Translations under genes and position numbers: made by a program
Source of the DNA: a virus
Virus record (IMG/VR): IMGVR_UViG_3300027861_000011
Coordinates: 129,839-193,838 of that record
Length of the DNA: 64,000 bases
Strand: one strand, 5' to 3'
Shown: piece after piece, positions 1-10,116 of the stretch
How positions within the stretch are numbered: the stretch's first letter is position 1
Layout: every line of letters starts with the position of its first letter
Notes under the pieces: model-generated
What the model was told of the DNA's origin: nothing
Database searches by the model: none
The model's input: only the letters and a program-made list of their open reading frames with translations

Positions 1-63
1 TTATAAGTACCTTCAAGTAGACAGAGAAGAGAAAAGGAAATTATTAGTAGAAAATTTAAATAA

Positions 64-969
64 ATGAGTAAAGAAACGACACATATATGTATAGGATGTA
101 AAATAGAATTACCAAAAACTACTGAGTTTTATAGGTTTAGAAAAGATAGGGGTAGGTTTAGTACCAAATGTATAACGTGTGAAAGGGTTTATGGTAAGAA
201 ACACCATGAAAAAAATAAAGAAAGAAATTTAGCACTTGGTAAGGAAAGATACCATGAAAATATAGAGCAAGAAAGGTTAAGAAGTAAGAAATATTATGAA
301 AATAATAAGGAAAAAATATCAGAACAAGCTAAACAGTATTATGAAAATAATAAGGAAAAAATATCAGACTATCAAAAAAAACGTAGGGTAGAAAATAGTG
401 AACACTATAAGAATATCGCTAAAAAAAGTTATGATAAATGTGTTGAAAGTCGTAAACGATATTATGAAAATAATAAAGAAAAAATAAGTGAGGCTAATAA
501 AAAGTGGAGAGAAAATAATGTAGAAGGTAATAGAGAATATCAAAAAGAGTGGAGAGAAAATAACGCAGAAAGTCAGAGAGAATATCAGAGAGAATATTAT
601 AAAAAAAGAAAAAGTATAGACCCAACCTTTTCTTTAGGGATTAAGGTTAGGTCAACAATTAAAAATGCCTTTATATATAAAGGTTATAAAAAAAATGGTA
701 AATCAAGTGAAATATTAGGTTGTTCATTTAAATTTTTTAGGGAATATATTGAAGAACAATTTGAAGAATGGATGAATTGGGATAATAGGGGTTTATATAA
801 TGGTGAAGAAAATTTTGGATGGGATGTTGACCACATAATACCGATATCACACGCTGAATCTGAGGAAGATGTAGTTAGATTAAGTCATTATCTTAATTTA
901 AGACCTTTATGTAGTTATAAAAATAGAGTTGGTAGAAGGGGTGAAGCAAAAAGAAAAAAGAAAAAATGA
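64..969 (+). CDS. HNH endonuclease with N-terminal Cys cluster and YYENNKEKI-type helical repeats
   Basis: C-terminal WDVDHIIP...HYLNLRPL...N HNH motif; ATGA overlap with next gene. Confidence 0.75.
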   Translation: MSKETTHICIGCKIELPKTTEFYRFRKDRGRFSTKCITCERVYGKKHHEKNKERNLALGKERYHENIEQERLRSKKYYENNKEKISEQAKQYYENNKEKISDYQKKRRVENSEHYKNIAKKSYDKCVESRKRYYENNKEKISEANKKWRENNVEGNREYQKEWRENNAESQREYQREYYKKRKSIDPTFSLGIKVRSTIKNAFIYKGYKKNGKSSEILGCSFKFFREYIEEQFEEWMNWDNRGLYNGEENFGWDVDHIIPISHAESEEDVVRLSHYLNLRPLCSYKNRVGRRGEAKRKKKK

Positions 970-1778
970 AGATAAAGAAAGTAATACACATTGCTGATAT
1001 ACATATCAGAACATTTAGAATGCACGATGAGTACGGTGCGGCTTTTAAGACGTTTCTAAAGAAGATTAGAGAATTAGTGAAGGATTATGATAGAGAAGAG
1101 ATTCGTATCGTTATAGCTGGTGATTATGTTCACCAAAAGATAACCATATCCAACGAGTTACTGATACTTGGTACTTGGTTCCTTAGAAAGTTAGAGAAGA
1201 TTGCTCCAGTTGTTATTATAGCTGGTAATCATGACCTTTTAGAGAATAACAAAGATAGGGTTGATTCTATCACCCCAATGGTACAGTTACTTCCTGGATT
1301 AGATATTAAGTACCTTAAGGATTCTATTTGCTATCCAGACGAAAACATTGTTTGGGCTAATTACTCTATTTTTGAGGAAAACGCTAGACCAGACATTGAA
1401 ACTAGTAGGGTTGACCATGACGATAAGACTTATGTAGGTCTTTACCATGCACCGATAATGGGTGCTACAACCGATATAGGTTATGAGTTCGATGAATCAA
1501 CTTCATTAGAACATTTTGAAGGTTGTGACATTGTAATGATGGGTGATATTCATAAAAGACAGATATTCAACTATAAGGGTATTCCTATTGCTTATCCGTC
1601 TAGTCTTATTCAACAAAATTTTGGAGAGACAGTTTCAAAGCATGGTTTCTTGTGGTGGGATATTGAAAGTAAGACATATGAGGAATTTGATATTGATACA
1701 GACTATGGTTTCTATCAATTTAAGATTGATTCATTAGATGATTTAGAAAATGGTACAGAAAGACTCACTAACGCCTAA
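966..1778 (+). CDS. sbcD: Mre11/SbcD-like nuclease (T4 gp47-like metallophosphoesterase)
   Basis: HIADIH, AGD, GNHD, YH, GDIH phosphoesterase motifs; upstream of SbcC-like ATPase. Confidence 0.9.
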   Translation: MKIKKVIHIADIHIRTFRMHDEYGAAFKTFLKKIRELVKDYDREEIRIVIAGDYVHQKITISNELLILGTWFLRKLEKIAPVVIIAGNHDLLENNKDRVDSITPMVQLLPGLDIKYLKDSICYPDENIVWANYSIFEENARPDIETSRVDHDDKTYVGLYHAPIMGATTDIGYEFDESTSLEHFEGCDIVMMGDIHKRQIFNYKGIPIAYPSSLIQQNFGETVSKHGFLWWDIESKTYEEFDIDTDYGFYQFKIDSLDDLENGTERLTNA

Positions 1779-2482
1779 TGGAATTACCAAAGAACATAAA
1801 AGATGAAATCTGGGAATATTGTCGTGTAAATGATATTTCTGGTGTTGATGACTTTATCACAAAGATGGTGAAGCAAGGTTTTACAGCTGAAAAGTTCGGT
1901 TCAACACCATGGGAGAAAGAACCAGAAATCAAAGAAGTAATTAAAGAAGTTATAAAAGAAGTACCAGTTGAAAAGATTGTGGAAGTTGAAAAGATTGTAG
2001 AAGTCATTAAGGAAGTTACGGTTGAAAAAGAAGTAGTTAAAGAAGTTATAAAAGAAGTGCCAATTGAAAAGGAAGTTTATATAACTAATGACGATGAAGT
2101 TAAGAAGTTAACAGAACTTTTAGAATCCCATAAAAAAAATGAAAGTGTACATAAGAAATCACTACTTGAAAAAGTACAGGAGTTAACTGAAATAAATGAA
2201 GTGATTGATAGTAAAGATTTGGAGATAAATAATTTATATAAAGACTTAGAAACAAGAAAAAATAAAATATCTGGTTTAAATCTTAAAGTAGGTAGGTTAG
2301 AAGCTAACATTATAAAGCTAGACGAAGAACTAGACGTAATCAAGACGGAGTTAGAAGAAAGTAAAAAACAATTAGAAGAAGAGGTTAAGAAACCAAAACA
2401 AAAAGAAGATGATATTTACGGGGAAAATAAAAAAGGTTTATTCGGGTCAAACACAAGTGATATATGGAAAAAGAAGAAATAA
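1778..2482 (+). CDS. coiled-coil protein with EVIKEV/VEKIVEV repeats
   Basis: 234-aa ORF overlapping both neighbours; repetitive E/K/V segment then heptads. Confidence 0.7.
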   Translation: MELPKNIKDEIWEYCRVNDISGVDDFITKMVKQGFTAEKFGSTPWEKEPEIKEVIKEVIKEVPVEKIVEVEKIVEVIKEVTVEKEVVKEVIKEVPIEKEVYITNDDEVKKLTELLESHKKNESVHKKSLLEKVQELTEINEVIDSKDLEINNLYKDLETRKNKISGLNLKVGRLEANIIKLDEELDVIKTELEESKKQLEEEVKKPKQKEDDIYGENKKGLFGSNTSDIWKKKK

Positions 2483-4833
2483 AAAAAATGGTAACTGTAC
2501 CACCATACGCAAAGATAAAGGTCTATTGGGACGATTCTCCAGAAAACTATTCAAGAGAGTCTAGAAATAGGGTAAAGAAATATTTCTCAACCAAGTACGG
2601 TATACCACCACAAAGCGTTAATGTTGTCTATAGACCAGTTAAGATTAATAAGAGTGGTGAAGTAATACAAATTGATGGTGCTACCATTGATAATATTATG
2701 AATTCATCTCACCAAAGAGAATTATTCAAAGAATGGTTAACTAGAGAAAATAAAGACGTAGATTTTACTAGAATAGTTGCGTTAGACAATAAGGTTAATT
2801 CTGAATTAAATATTGACCTAGAAGAGAAGATGCATAGGAAGTATAGACTTAAATGGCTTATGATAAATAACTTCCTATCCTATGGTGAAGGTAATTTCTT
2901 CCCCGTTGATAAATTTAAAGGGTTTACAGTTGTAAATTCAAATCCAGCTAATCAAGGAGGTAAAACGACACTTACGATTGATGCTGTAAAATTTCTTTTC
3001 TTTGGTAAAACCACTAAGACAGATAAGAATGAAGAAGTGTTCAATACATATAATGACTCTGAAGAAATGACCGTTAAAGGTCTTATAGAGATTGAAGGTG
3101 AGGAAGATATTATTATTGAAAGATTATTAACTAGAAAACCTAAAAGAAAGGGTGGGTGGAATATAAGTAATAAATTATCTTTTTATAAGCTACTTCCAGA
3201 TGGTGAAGAAGAAGAGTTGAATGAAGCTGATGCAATTAAGACAACACAATTAATTAAAGATACGGTTGGTACTGAATCTGATTTTGACCTTGTAGTGTTA
3301 GCAACATCTAGAAATTTAGATAGTCTTATTGATTCTACTGCTGGTGAGAGTGGTAAATTACTTACTAGATTTATTGGGTTGGAAATAATAGCACTTAAGG
3401 AAGAGGCGGCTAGAAAGATGTCTAACACCTTCAGCAAGACCATGAAGTCAAATCTTTATGATACTGAAACACTTAAAGAAGAAATCGGTGAACATAATAT
3501 TACCTTAGAATATCTAAGTAAAGAAACGATTGAAATTAATGCTAAATTAAAAACTGAGAAAGCGATACAAAAGAAATATAACGATGATAAGATTAAATTA
3601 GTTTCATCAAAGGATAAAATTGATGCTAATATACTTTCCATGAACCCATCTAAGTTAGAAGGTGAAATTAAAACTATTATAGGTAAGGGCGTTACAGCTA
3701 AGAAAGATATTGAAGATATTAAGGCTATAGTTAGAGATATTGGTAAAATTGAATTCGATGAAGATAGAGATTTCCAATTAGGTAAAGACAAGGGTGTTTT
3801 AGTTAGTGATGTAGCTGTTAAGGAAGCTGAAGTAGTTAGACTCACTAAGGTAATTGATGATTTAATTGCTGGGGGCATCTGTAAGGCTTGTAATAGAGCT
3901 TTAGATAATATTGATAATACAGAACACGTCAATAAACACAATGACCAGATAAAGGTTATTAATGATGAATTATTAACTCTTAATAATAAATTAAAGGTTG
4001 TTATTACTGAAATAACATCTATGGCAGACACTAAGAAGAAGATTGAGAATAAAAACAATCAAGAACTTAAAAAAGATAGACTTGAAGTAGAAATGGATAG
4101 TTTAAGGGTTAAATTAAAAGAGAAAAAAGGTGATTTAAAGAAGTATAATCATAATTTAGATGCTATTGAAGGTAATAAGAAGATTGATATTGAAATAAGT
4201 GCCATTGATACTAAGATTGCTGTTTGTGATAATAAAAAAGATGAGTTAACTGCTACCTTACAACAATTTGCAATAGACACAAGCTTTAATACTAAAGAAA
4301 TAGTTAAAAAAAAAGGTCTTATAGTAACTATAAATAAGGAAAAGGAAGTAGATACTTTATTTAAGATTTATATTGATATGGTTGGTAAAAAGGGTATTAG
4401 TAAACTAGTACTTAGGTCAGTACTACCAATAATCAATAGTGAACTACAAAGACTACTAGAGGACATAACTGATTTTGAGGTTGAAGTTTTTATTGACGAT
4501 AAGAATGAAGTTAGATATTTATTAGTTAAAGATGAAAAAGAAAAACCACTTAAGTCTGGTAGTGGGTTTGAGTTGACAACTGCTAGTATTGCTTTAAGAT
4601 GTGTCTTAGGTAAGATGTCATCGCTACCGACACCTAACTTTGTGACATTTGATGAAGTACTAGGTAGGGTAGCACCAGAGAACATCTCAAAGATGAAACC
4701 ATTATTCGAAAGAATATCGGACATGTTTGATATTGTGTTCTTTATAACCCAAATCACAGAGGTAAAAGATTGGAGTGATAACATCATAACGGTGAATAAG
4801 GATAAAAATATTTCACAAATTAATATAGTTTAA
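2464..4833 (+). CDS. sbcC: Rad50/SbcC-like ATPase (T4 gp46-like) with N-terminal extension
   Basis: Walker A NQGGKTT, zinc hook CKAC in coiled coil, signature SGSGFE, Walker B FVTFDE; start may be 2488. Confidence 0.9.
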   Translation: MEKEEIKKMVTVPPYAKIKVYWDDSPENYSRESRNRVKKYFSTKYGIPPQSVNVVYRPVKINKSGEVIQIDGATIDNIMNSSHQRELFKEWLTRENKDVDFTRIVALDNKVNSELNIDLEEKMHRKYRLKWLMINNFLSYGEGNFFPVDKFKGFTVVNSNPANQGGKTTLTIDAVKFLFFGKTTKTDKNEEVFNTYNDSEEMTVKGLIEIEGEEDIIIERLLTRKPKRKGGWNISNKLSFYKLLPDGEEEELNEADAIKTTQLIKDTVGTESDFDLVVLATSRNLDSLIDSTAGESGKLLTRFIGLEIIALKEEAARKMSNTFSKTMKSNLYDTETLKEEIGEHNITLEYLSKETIEINAKLKTEKAIQKKYNDDKIKLVSSKDKIDANILSMNPSKLEGEIKTIIGKGVTAKKDIEDIKAIVRDIGKIEFDEDRDFQLGKDKGVLVSDVAVKEAEVVRLTKVIDDLIAGGICKACNRALDNIDNTEHVNKHNDQIKVINDELLTLNNKLKVVITEITSMADTKKKIENKNNQELKKDRLEVEMDSLRVKLKEKKGDLKKYNHNLDAIEGNKKIDIEISAIDTKIAVCDNKKDELTATLQQFAIDTSFNTKEIVKKKGLIVTINKEKEVDTLFKIYIDMVGKKGISKLVLRSVLPIINSELQRLLEDITDFEVEVFIDDKNEVRYLLVKDEKEKPLKSGSGFELTTASIALRCVLGKMSSLPTPNFVTFDEVLGRVAPENISKMKPLFERISDMFDIVFFITQITEVKDWSDNIITVNKDKNISQINIV

Positions 4834-4865
4834 TTTGCAAAATATTAAAATTATTAGTATATTTG
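4834..4865 (+). promoter_or_regulatory. Bacteroidota sigma70-type promoter (-33 TTTG, -7 TATATTTG)
   Basis: TTTG-N20-TATATTTG upstream of 4890. Confidence 0.75.
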
Positions 4866-4889
4866 TATTATAATAAAAAAAAAAGAAAG

Positions 4890-5426
4890 ATGAAATTTAA
4901 AAATTACTGTATTATAGTGTTAGGTAAAACTGAAGGTTGTTTAACGGAAATTAATAAAATTGCTGAAGGAAAAGTAAAAATCTTACCAGCTAAAGGAATT
5001 ACAATCGGAACCTTTAATAGCGTATTTAAAGTTATGGAATTAGATGATTATTTTAAATCACTTGGAAGAAACTTCTTTGTATTTGAATTAAACCCTAAAA
5101 CATCTGGTTATAATATAAATAATGAAGAAGTTCGACATGAATTATTTGGGAAATCAAAAGATATCAATCTTGAATTGGAGAGGATGTCTGATAACCTTAT
5201 AGATGATATTAAATCCACCATATCTGGGTTTAATCCAAGACCAATAACTGGTTCTAGTAAAAGCTTTATAATAGGAGACGATGATTCAGATATTTCCAGT
5301 GATTTTTACGAAACACTAAATCCTAAAGAAAAACAAACCTTAATGGACAATATTATAGATAAGGGTGTTGATAATTTAACAGACGCTGATAAAGAAATAT
5401 TAGTTATTCTATCAAAAAAGCAATAA
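4890..5426 (+). CDS. hypothetical protein
   Basis: ORF directly after promoter; ATG at 4890. Confidence 0.65.
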   Translation: MKFKNYCIIVLGKTEGCLTEINKIAEGKVKILPAKGITIGTFNSVFKVMELDDYFKSLGRNFFVFELNPKTSGYNINNEEVRHELFGKSKDINLELERMSDNLIDDIKSTISGFNPRPITGSSKSFIIGDDDSDISSDFYETLNPKEKQTLMDNIIDKGVDNLTDADKEILVILSKKQ

Positions 5427-5517
5427 AAAGCAATAAAAAGTAAACTTTTTAATATTAATACGTATACTTATATGTCCTTATGGATGTAAATAACGAGTTT
5501 TTATATGAATAGTAAAA

Positions 5518-6354
5518 ATGACAAAAGTATATGTTAATGTAAGTGGAGATGATAGCATCTCAAAGTATTTTAAAGATGTAAGAAAGTCTGAACTATTAAC
5601 TTCAGAAGAGGAAGTTAATTTAGCAATAAGAATAAAAAACGGTGATGATAAAGCAATTGAAATATTAGTTAATTCAAATCTAAAGTTTGTTATATCGGTA
5701 GCCAAGGAGTATCAAGGCCAAGGTCTTGCTCTTCCAGATTTAATCAATGAAGGTAATTATGGTTTAATCAAAGCGGCAACACGTTATGACCACACCAGAG
5801 GTTTCCGTTTTATATCATACGCTGTATGGTGGATTAAACAATCGATTATCCAAAGTCTTAATGACAACTCAAGAACGATTAGGTTACCATCTAATGTGAT
5901 TAGTAAAGTTTCTAGTACTAGGAAAGAAATTGAGAGATTCAAGTTAGAAAACGAAAGAGAGCCAATTTACGGTGATTTATTTGATGATGACGGTAATCTA
6001 ATAGATATTTTGTCCACCCCTAGATGTACGTCATTAAATCAAACAATCAATGATGAGGGTGATGAGTTATGTCTTCTTTTAGAAGATAAAGACGCACTTA
6101 AGGAAGAAAACTTCTACGATGTTGATGAAAGGGTTAAATATGAAATAGATAAAGTATTATCTTCTTTAAGTGATAGAGAAAGGGAAATTGTTGAATGTTA
6201 TTATGGTATTAATAAGGATTTTGATAGTATGACTCTTGAAGCTATTGGGGATAAATATAATCTAACTAAAGAGAGAATTAGACAAATCAAAGAAAAGGCA
6301 ATAAGAAAAATAAGACACAACGCTCATGGTTTATTTGATGCGTTAAATGAATAG
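5518..6354 (+). CDS. rpoD: RpoD/sigma70-family sigma factor, Bacteroidota type lacking region 1.1
   Basis: Region 2 PDLINEGNYGLIK...RGFRFISYAVWWIKQSI; region 4 TLEAIG...TKERIRQIKEKA. Confidence 0.92.
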   Translation: MTKVYVNVSGDDSISKYFKDVRKSELLTSEEEVNLAIRIKNGDDKAIEILVNSNLKFVISVAKEYQGQGLALPDLINEGNYGLIKAATRYDHTRGFRFISYAVWWIKQSIIQSLNDNSRTIRLPSNVISKVSSTRKEIERFKLENEREPIYGDLFDDDGNLIDILSTPRCTSLNQTINDEGDELCLLLEDKDALKEENFYDVDERVKYEIDKVLSSLSDREREIVECYYGINKDFDSMTLEAIGDKYNLTKERIRQIKEKAIRKIRHNAHGLFDALNE

Positions 6355-6359
6355 CCTAA

Positions 6360-6367
6360 TATTTATA
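6360..6367 (+). promoter_or_regulatory. putative late-gene motif TATTTATA
   Basis: Same octamer shortly upstream of many structural/lysis/leader-bearing genes. Confidence 0.5.
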
Positions 6368-6374
6368 TAATACT

Positions 6375-7634
6375 ATGAAAAAAATATTATTATATTTTAT
6401 ATTGATTATGGCTGTAGGTATGGCTGGAATAGTGGCTTATGTATCAGTTAGTGGTCTATTAAAAGTGTTTACTGGAGCTGGTACCCTAGGGCTTTTATTG
6501 TTCTCATCAATAGAAATTTCTAAAATTATTGCTACGTCAGCTATACACACCTATAGTAACCGAATAGGTTGGTTCTACAAATTACTTCTATCGTTAGGTA
6601 TATTAATCGCTATGGTTATTACATCGATGGGTATATACGGATTCCTATCATCAACATATAAGGAAAGCTTCAGTAAGTTTGAAAATATGAATTCTCAAAT
6701 AGAATTGCTTGAAAAAAAGAGAGATGGTTACCAAGAACAATTTAATTATGTAATCGAGGAAAAGACATCAGTTAATACAACTATTAATGAATTAAGTTCT
6801 GGTCTATCAAACAATGTTATTCAATATAGAGATGAAGTAAGTGGTGAAATAATAACAACAACTTCATCATCAACTAGACGAGCTCTTGAGAAACAATTAG
6901 ATAATGCAATCATAAGACAAAATGGCCTTAATGTTAAAGCGGATTCAATAGGAGCACTAGTTTTTGACCTGGAAAACCAAATACTTGAAACTAAGTTAGG
7001 TGATGAAACATCATCAGAGTTAGGTCCATTAAAATATTTAGCAGAGGTAACTGGTAAATCAATGGATGAAGTAATGAAATGGTTTATACTTCTTTTAATC
7101 GTTATAGGTGACCCTATGGCAGTTCTTATGGTTATAGTATTCAATAAAGTTATTAATTATAATAAATACGATAGACCAAAAGAACTTTTAAAACCTATAA
7201 TAACCACCTCTAATGACTCATCAACAAATCTACATTCAGAAATAATAGAGGATAGTATAGAAGTTAATAACGAACCAGAAGAGGAACCAATAAAAGAGGA
7301 ACCAATAAAAGAGGAATTACAAGTTTATATTGCACCAGAGGCTATAGAACCAGAGGTAGAGGCTATAGAACCAGAGGTAGAGGTTATAGAACCAGAGGTA
7401 GGGGTTATAGAACCAGAATTCGAGGTTCCAGATGAAATTATAGTTACTAATATTAAATCTAAATCAGATAAAATAACATTAGATGAAATTAAAGAGGTTA
7501 AAGAACGTGAAAGAGGTTTCTCAGTAACAATACCCTCTAGAAAAAATAAAAGTAATACCGTTAGTAGAATAGGTAGTAATAAAGAAGTTAGAGATAGTGA
7601 TAACAATACTATTTATTTTAAAAGGAGAAGATGA
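6375..7634 (+). CDS. multi-pass membrane protein with coiled coil and acidic tail
   Basis: Three N-terminal and one internal hydrophobic segments flanking heptad region. Confidence 0.7.
   Translation: MKKILLYFILIMAVGMAGIVAYVSVSGLLKVFTGAGTLGLLLFSSIEISKIIATSAIHTYSNRIGWFYKLLLSLGILIAMVITSMGIYGFLSSTYKESFSKFENMNSQIELLEKKRDGYQEQFNYVIEEKTSVNTTINELSSGLSNNVIQYRDEVSGEIITTTSSSTRRALEKQLDNAIIRQNGLNVKADSIGALVFDLENQILETKLGDETSSELGPLKYLAEVTGKSMDEVMKWFILLLIVIGDPMAVLMVIVFNKVINYNKYDRPKELLKPIITTSNDSSTNLHSEIIEDSIEVNNEPEEEPIKEEPIKEELQVYIAPEAIEPEVEAIEPEVEVIEPEVGVIEPEFEVPDEIIVTNIKSKSDKITLDEIKEVKERERGFSVTIPSRKNKSNTVSRIGSNKEVRDSDNNTIYFKRRR
7338..7421 (+). repeat. 21-bp coding tandem repeat x4 (EAIEPEV)
   Basis: gaggctatagaaccagaggta, two exact plus two diverged copies. 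Confidence 0.9.
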
Positions 7635-8245
7635 TAATTGATGATGAAACACATAAATTGAGTAAAGATAATTTTATTCAACAAGGTACTAAGAAAACTA
7701 GGATAATAATAGGTAATAGTTTCACGAGTGGTATGAAACATTGTATTGGTTGGGTGAATAGATGGAATGGCAACTACACTAAGACGGCAATGTTTACAAT
7801 AGATATCAAAGGTAAGGTATTCCAACACTTCTCCCCCATATACTTTTCAAACTTTTTAGGTGATGAAAAATTAAAAGAAAGTAGTATAACAATACTGTTA
7901 GAGAATGAAGGTTGGTTAACGAAAGATTTAAGTGATGAAAATAAGTACATTAACTATATCGGACATATTTATAATAGAAAGGATTCAGTTTTTGAGAAAA
8001 GGTGGAGAAACCATACGTATTGGGCACCATATACTAATAAACAAGAAGAATCACTTTATAATTTAGTTAAGGAATTATGTAATGAATTTGATATCCCTTT
8101 AAAAGTGATACCTCACAACACTAATTTTTATGACGCTTATGATTATGAGGGGGTTCTTTATAGGAGTAATTTTGATAAACATCATACTGACATTAGTCCA
8201 GCTTGGGACTGTCTTTCTTTTAAAAATAAAATAGAATTAAATTAA
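7631..8245 (+). CDS. Amidase_2-like protein with degenerate zinc ligands
   Basis: Aligns by eye with the endolysin at 15299 but HHT is replaced by GNS and THTN by YRSN. Confidence 0.6.
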   Translation: MIIDDETHKLSKDNFIQQGTKKTRIIIGNSFTSGMKHCIGWVNRWNGNYTKTAMFTIDIKGKVFQHFSPIYFSNFLGDEKLKESSITILLENEGWLTKDLSDENKYINYIGHIYNRKDSVFEKRWRNHTYWAPYTNKQEESLYNLVKELCNEFDIPLKVIPHNTNFYDAYDYEGVLYRSNFDKHHTDISPAWDCLSFKNKIELN

Positions 8246-8250
8246 TAATT

Positions 8251-8769
8251 ATGAGTAACGAACACGACATAACAAAAATGATGCTTGAGACAATTAGATT
8301 TCAAACATCAAAAAATAAGAGATTTATTACAGAGAATGAGGAAATGGGCACGACTGATGTGCCAGTTGTTGGTTCTGACGTTGAAGTAGATGCTGAAACT
8401 GAAGAAATGGGTGCTGAAGTAGACACAGAACAAGAAGGTACTGAAGGTATTGAATCAAGTTCTGATGTAAATAGTCAAGAAGCTAAGGAAGAAGAAAGTA
8501 AATTCATGGACACGGTAACACCTAGAGTTACATTCACATCATTCAAGGTTTATCCAGATACGGCAAATGTAGAGTTTTCTGGTAAGTTCGATAACGGTAT
8601 TGAATGGCAAATGTCTAAAACAGATGGTCTTTTCTTAAATACATCTAATATTGAATTAGATGATGAAATACTAATATTACTTAAGAAATTAAACGGTTAT
8701 TATGTAAATTGGACAGATGAATGGTCAAAGAAGATGAACACTGAGTATAAAAAGAGTGATGAGGAATAA
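8251..8769 (+). CDS. hypothetical acidic protein
   Basis: 172-aa ORF, E/D-rich linker, FITE motif near N-terminus. Confidence 0.65.
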   Translation: MSNEHDITKMMLETIRFQTSKNKRFITENEEMGTTDVPVVGSDVEVDAETEEMGAEVDTEQEGTEGIESSSDVNSQEAKEEESKFMDTVTPRVTFTSFKVYPDTANVEFSGKFDNGIEWQMSKTDGLFLNTSNIELDDEILILLKKLNGYYVNWTDEWSKKMNTEYKKSDEE

Positions 8770-9121
8770 AATAGATATAAAGATTATATTTATTCTAATA
8801 TTAGCTATTGGTTTAATTCTTAGTTTAATCTTTAGACCATCCAAAGGTATTGACATACATAAAGATGAACTTAAACAATTAGAATTAGATAATAAGATTT
8901 TAAAAAATGAATATGATAGTATAAAGCTTGATAACGAAAAGTTGAATCAAGAAATACAAATATTAATAATAAGTATTGACAGTACTGAATCCGTACTAAT
9001 TGATACTGAAGGTAGATTAAACGATTTAGAAAATGAAGACAGTAAAGTTTCTGATTATGTTAGGGATTTGGATGCTGATGGCATCTCAAGGTCTCTCACA
9101 GAATTCCTCAACAAACAGTAA
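8756..9121 (+). CDS. inner-membrane spanin-like protein
   Basis: N-terminal TM helix plus coiled coil; 3' end overlaps next gene in another frame. Confidence 0.55.
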   Translation: MMRNKIDIKIIFILILAIGLILSLIFRPSKGIDIHKDELKQLELDNKILKNEYDSIKLDNEKLNQEIQILIISIDSTESVLIDTEGRLNDLENEDSKVSDYVRDLDADGISRSLTEFLNKQ

Positions 9122-9506
9122 TAGAGTAAGAACTATTATTACAAGTGCTGGTGATACATTAGTACAGATGCACTACGAGGACGCTAGAACCCTTTTAAAG
9201 TTCGTTCTACATTGTGAGTACAGTGATAGTATTTTATCCGTTTATAAGGAACGAGACAGCCTTAATACAAGAACAATCACACTCCAGAAAGAAGTATTAA
9301 TGAAAATGGGTAAAGAAAAGTTAAATCTTGAGGTTATGTTATCTAATTTAGATGAGATAATTCTTAATAAGGAAAAAGCCCTACTTTTAAAGGATAATAC
9401 TATTAAACAACAAAAGAAAGAGATTAGAAAACAAAAGTTTTTAAAGATATTGGGTTTCACTGGCTCAATAATATTACCTATAGTGGTATTAATAGCAATG
9501 TTATAA
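9033..9506 (+). CDS. second spanin-like component (signal peptide, coiled coil, C-terminal hydrophobic helix)
   Basis: Starts inside previous gene (89-bp overlap); signal MKTVKFLIMLGIWMLMASQGLSQ. Confidence 0.5.
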   Translation: MKTVKFLIMLGIWMLMASQGLSQNSSTNSNRVRTIITSAGDTLVQMHYEDARTLLKFVLHCEYSDSILSVYKERDSLNTRTITLQKEVLMKMGKEKLNLEVMLSNLDEIILNKEKALLLKDNTIKQQKKEIRKQKFLKILGFTGSIILPIVVLIAML

Positions 9507-9784
9507 TGGGGAGTAATCACATGCACAATATGTTAAGAACATCAAAACAGAAGTACGAAATTCCAGAGTATGACCCACAAACTGGGGAAATAAATCCATA
9601 TTGGAATGAATTAATAACAAAGGAAAAGGTAGAAGGTATCACCAACCAACCAGATGCTATTAATATGAATGAAATGTCATTAGATATCTTAGTTGATATG
9701 CTTGAGGAAAAATACACACTTCAATCAATAGGTGATGGTTTTGCTATAATGAAGTTAGTAGAATTCTACAGAAAAAATAAATAA
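9506..9784 (+). CDS. hypothetical protein
   Basis: 92-aa ORF coupled to previous stop. Confidence 0.6.
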   Translation: MGSNHMHNMLRTSKQKYEIPEYDPQTGEINPYWNELITKEKVEGITNQPDAINMNEMSLDILVDMLEEKYTLQSIGDGFAIMKLVEFYRKNK

Positions 9785-9838
9785 AATGGTATTAGTATTT
9801 TAAAGAACTCATTAATGGGTTTTTTTGTTATTATTTTA

Positions 9839-9846
9839 TATTTATA
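9839..9846 (+). promoter_or_regulatory. putative late-gene motif TATTTATA
   Basis: After a hairpin/T-tract, 14 nt before ATG 9861. Confidence 0.55.
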
Positions 9847-9860
9847 ATAAAAGGTAAAAG

Positions 9861-10115
9861 ATGAAAGATTTAATTAGACAACGTTTAAATGAAGAAATGA
9901 ACAAATCTGACGTAAAGAGTGAGGTTAAGAAATATATGGATTCTTCTGACTTTAAAGTAAAGGTTGAGAAGATAGTTAAAGATAGAATTAAAAACGATAA
10001 AGTATTAGAAGATAAGGTGGTGGAAATATCTAAGAATGTGTTAAGTCAATTATTCAAACAATTATGGGTTAAGAGGTCAGCATATATTAATGGCATAACA
10101 AATAAAGCTAATTAA
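9861..10115 (+). CDS. small protein with leader MKDLIRQRLNEE
   Basis: Leader ending L-x-E; TATTTATA upstream. Confidence 0.65.
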   Translation: MKDLIRQRLNEEMNKSDVKSEVKKYMDSSDFKVKVEKIVKDRIKNDKVLEDKVVEISKNVLSQLFKQLWVKRSAYINGITNKAN

Positions 10116-10116
10116 G

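Noticed and set aside
5420-5447. Short tandem repeats (aaaaagcaat-type here; taataacaa at about 17154-17180)
   Set aside because: Two or three copies of low-complexity AT sequence at gene ends; likely slippage.
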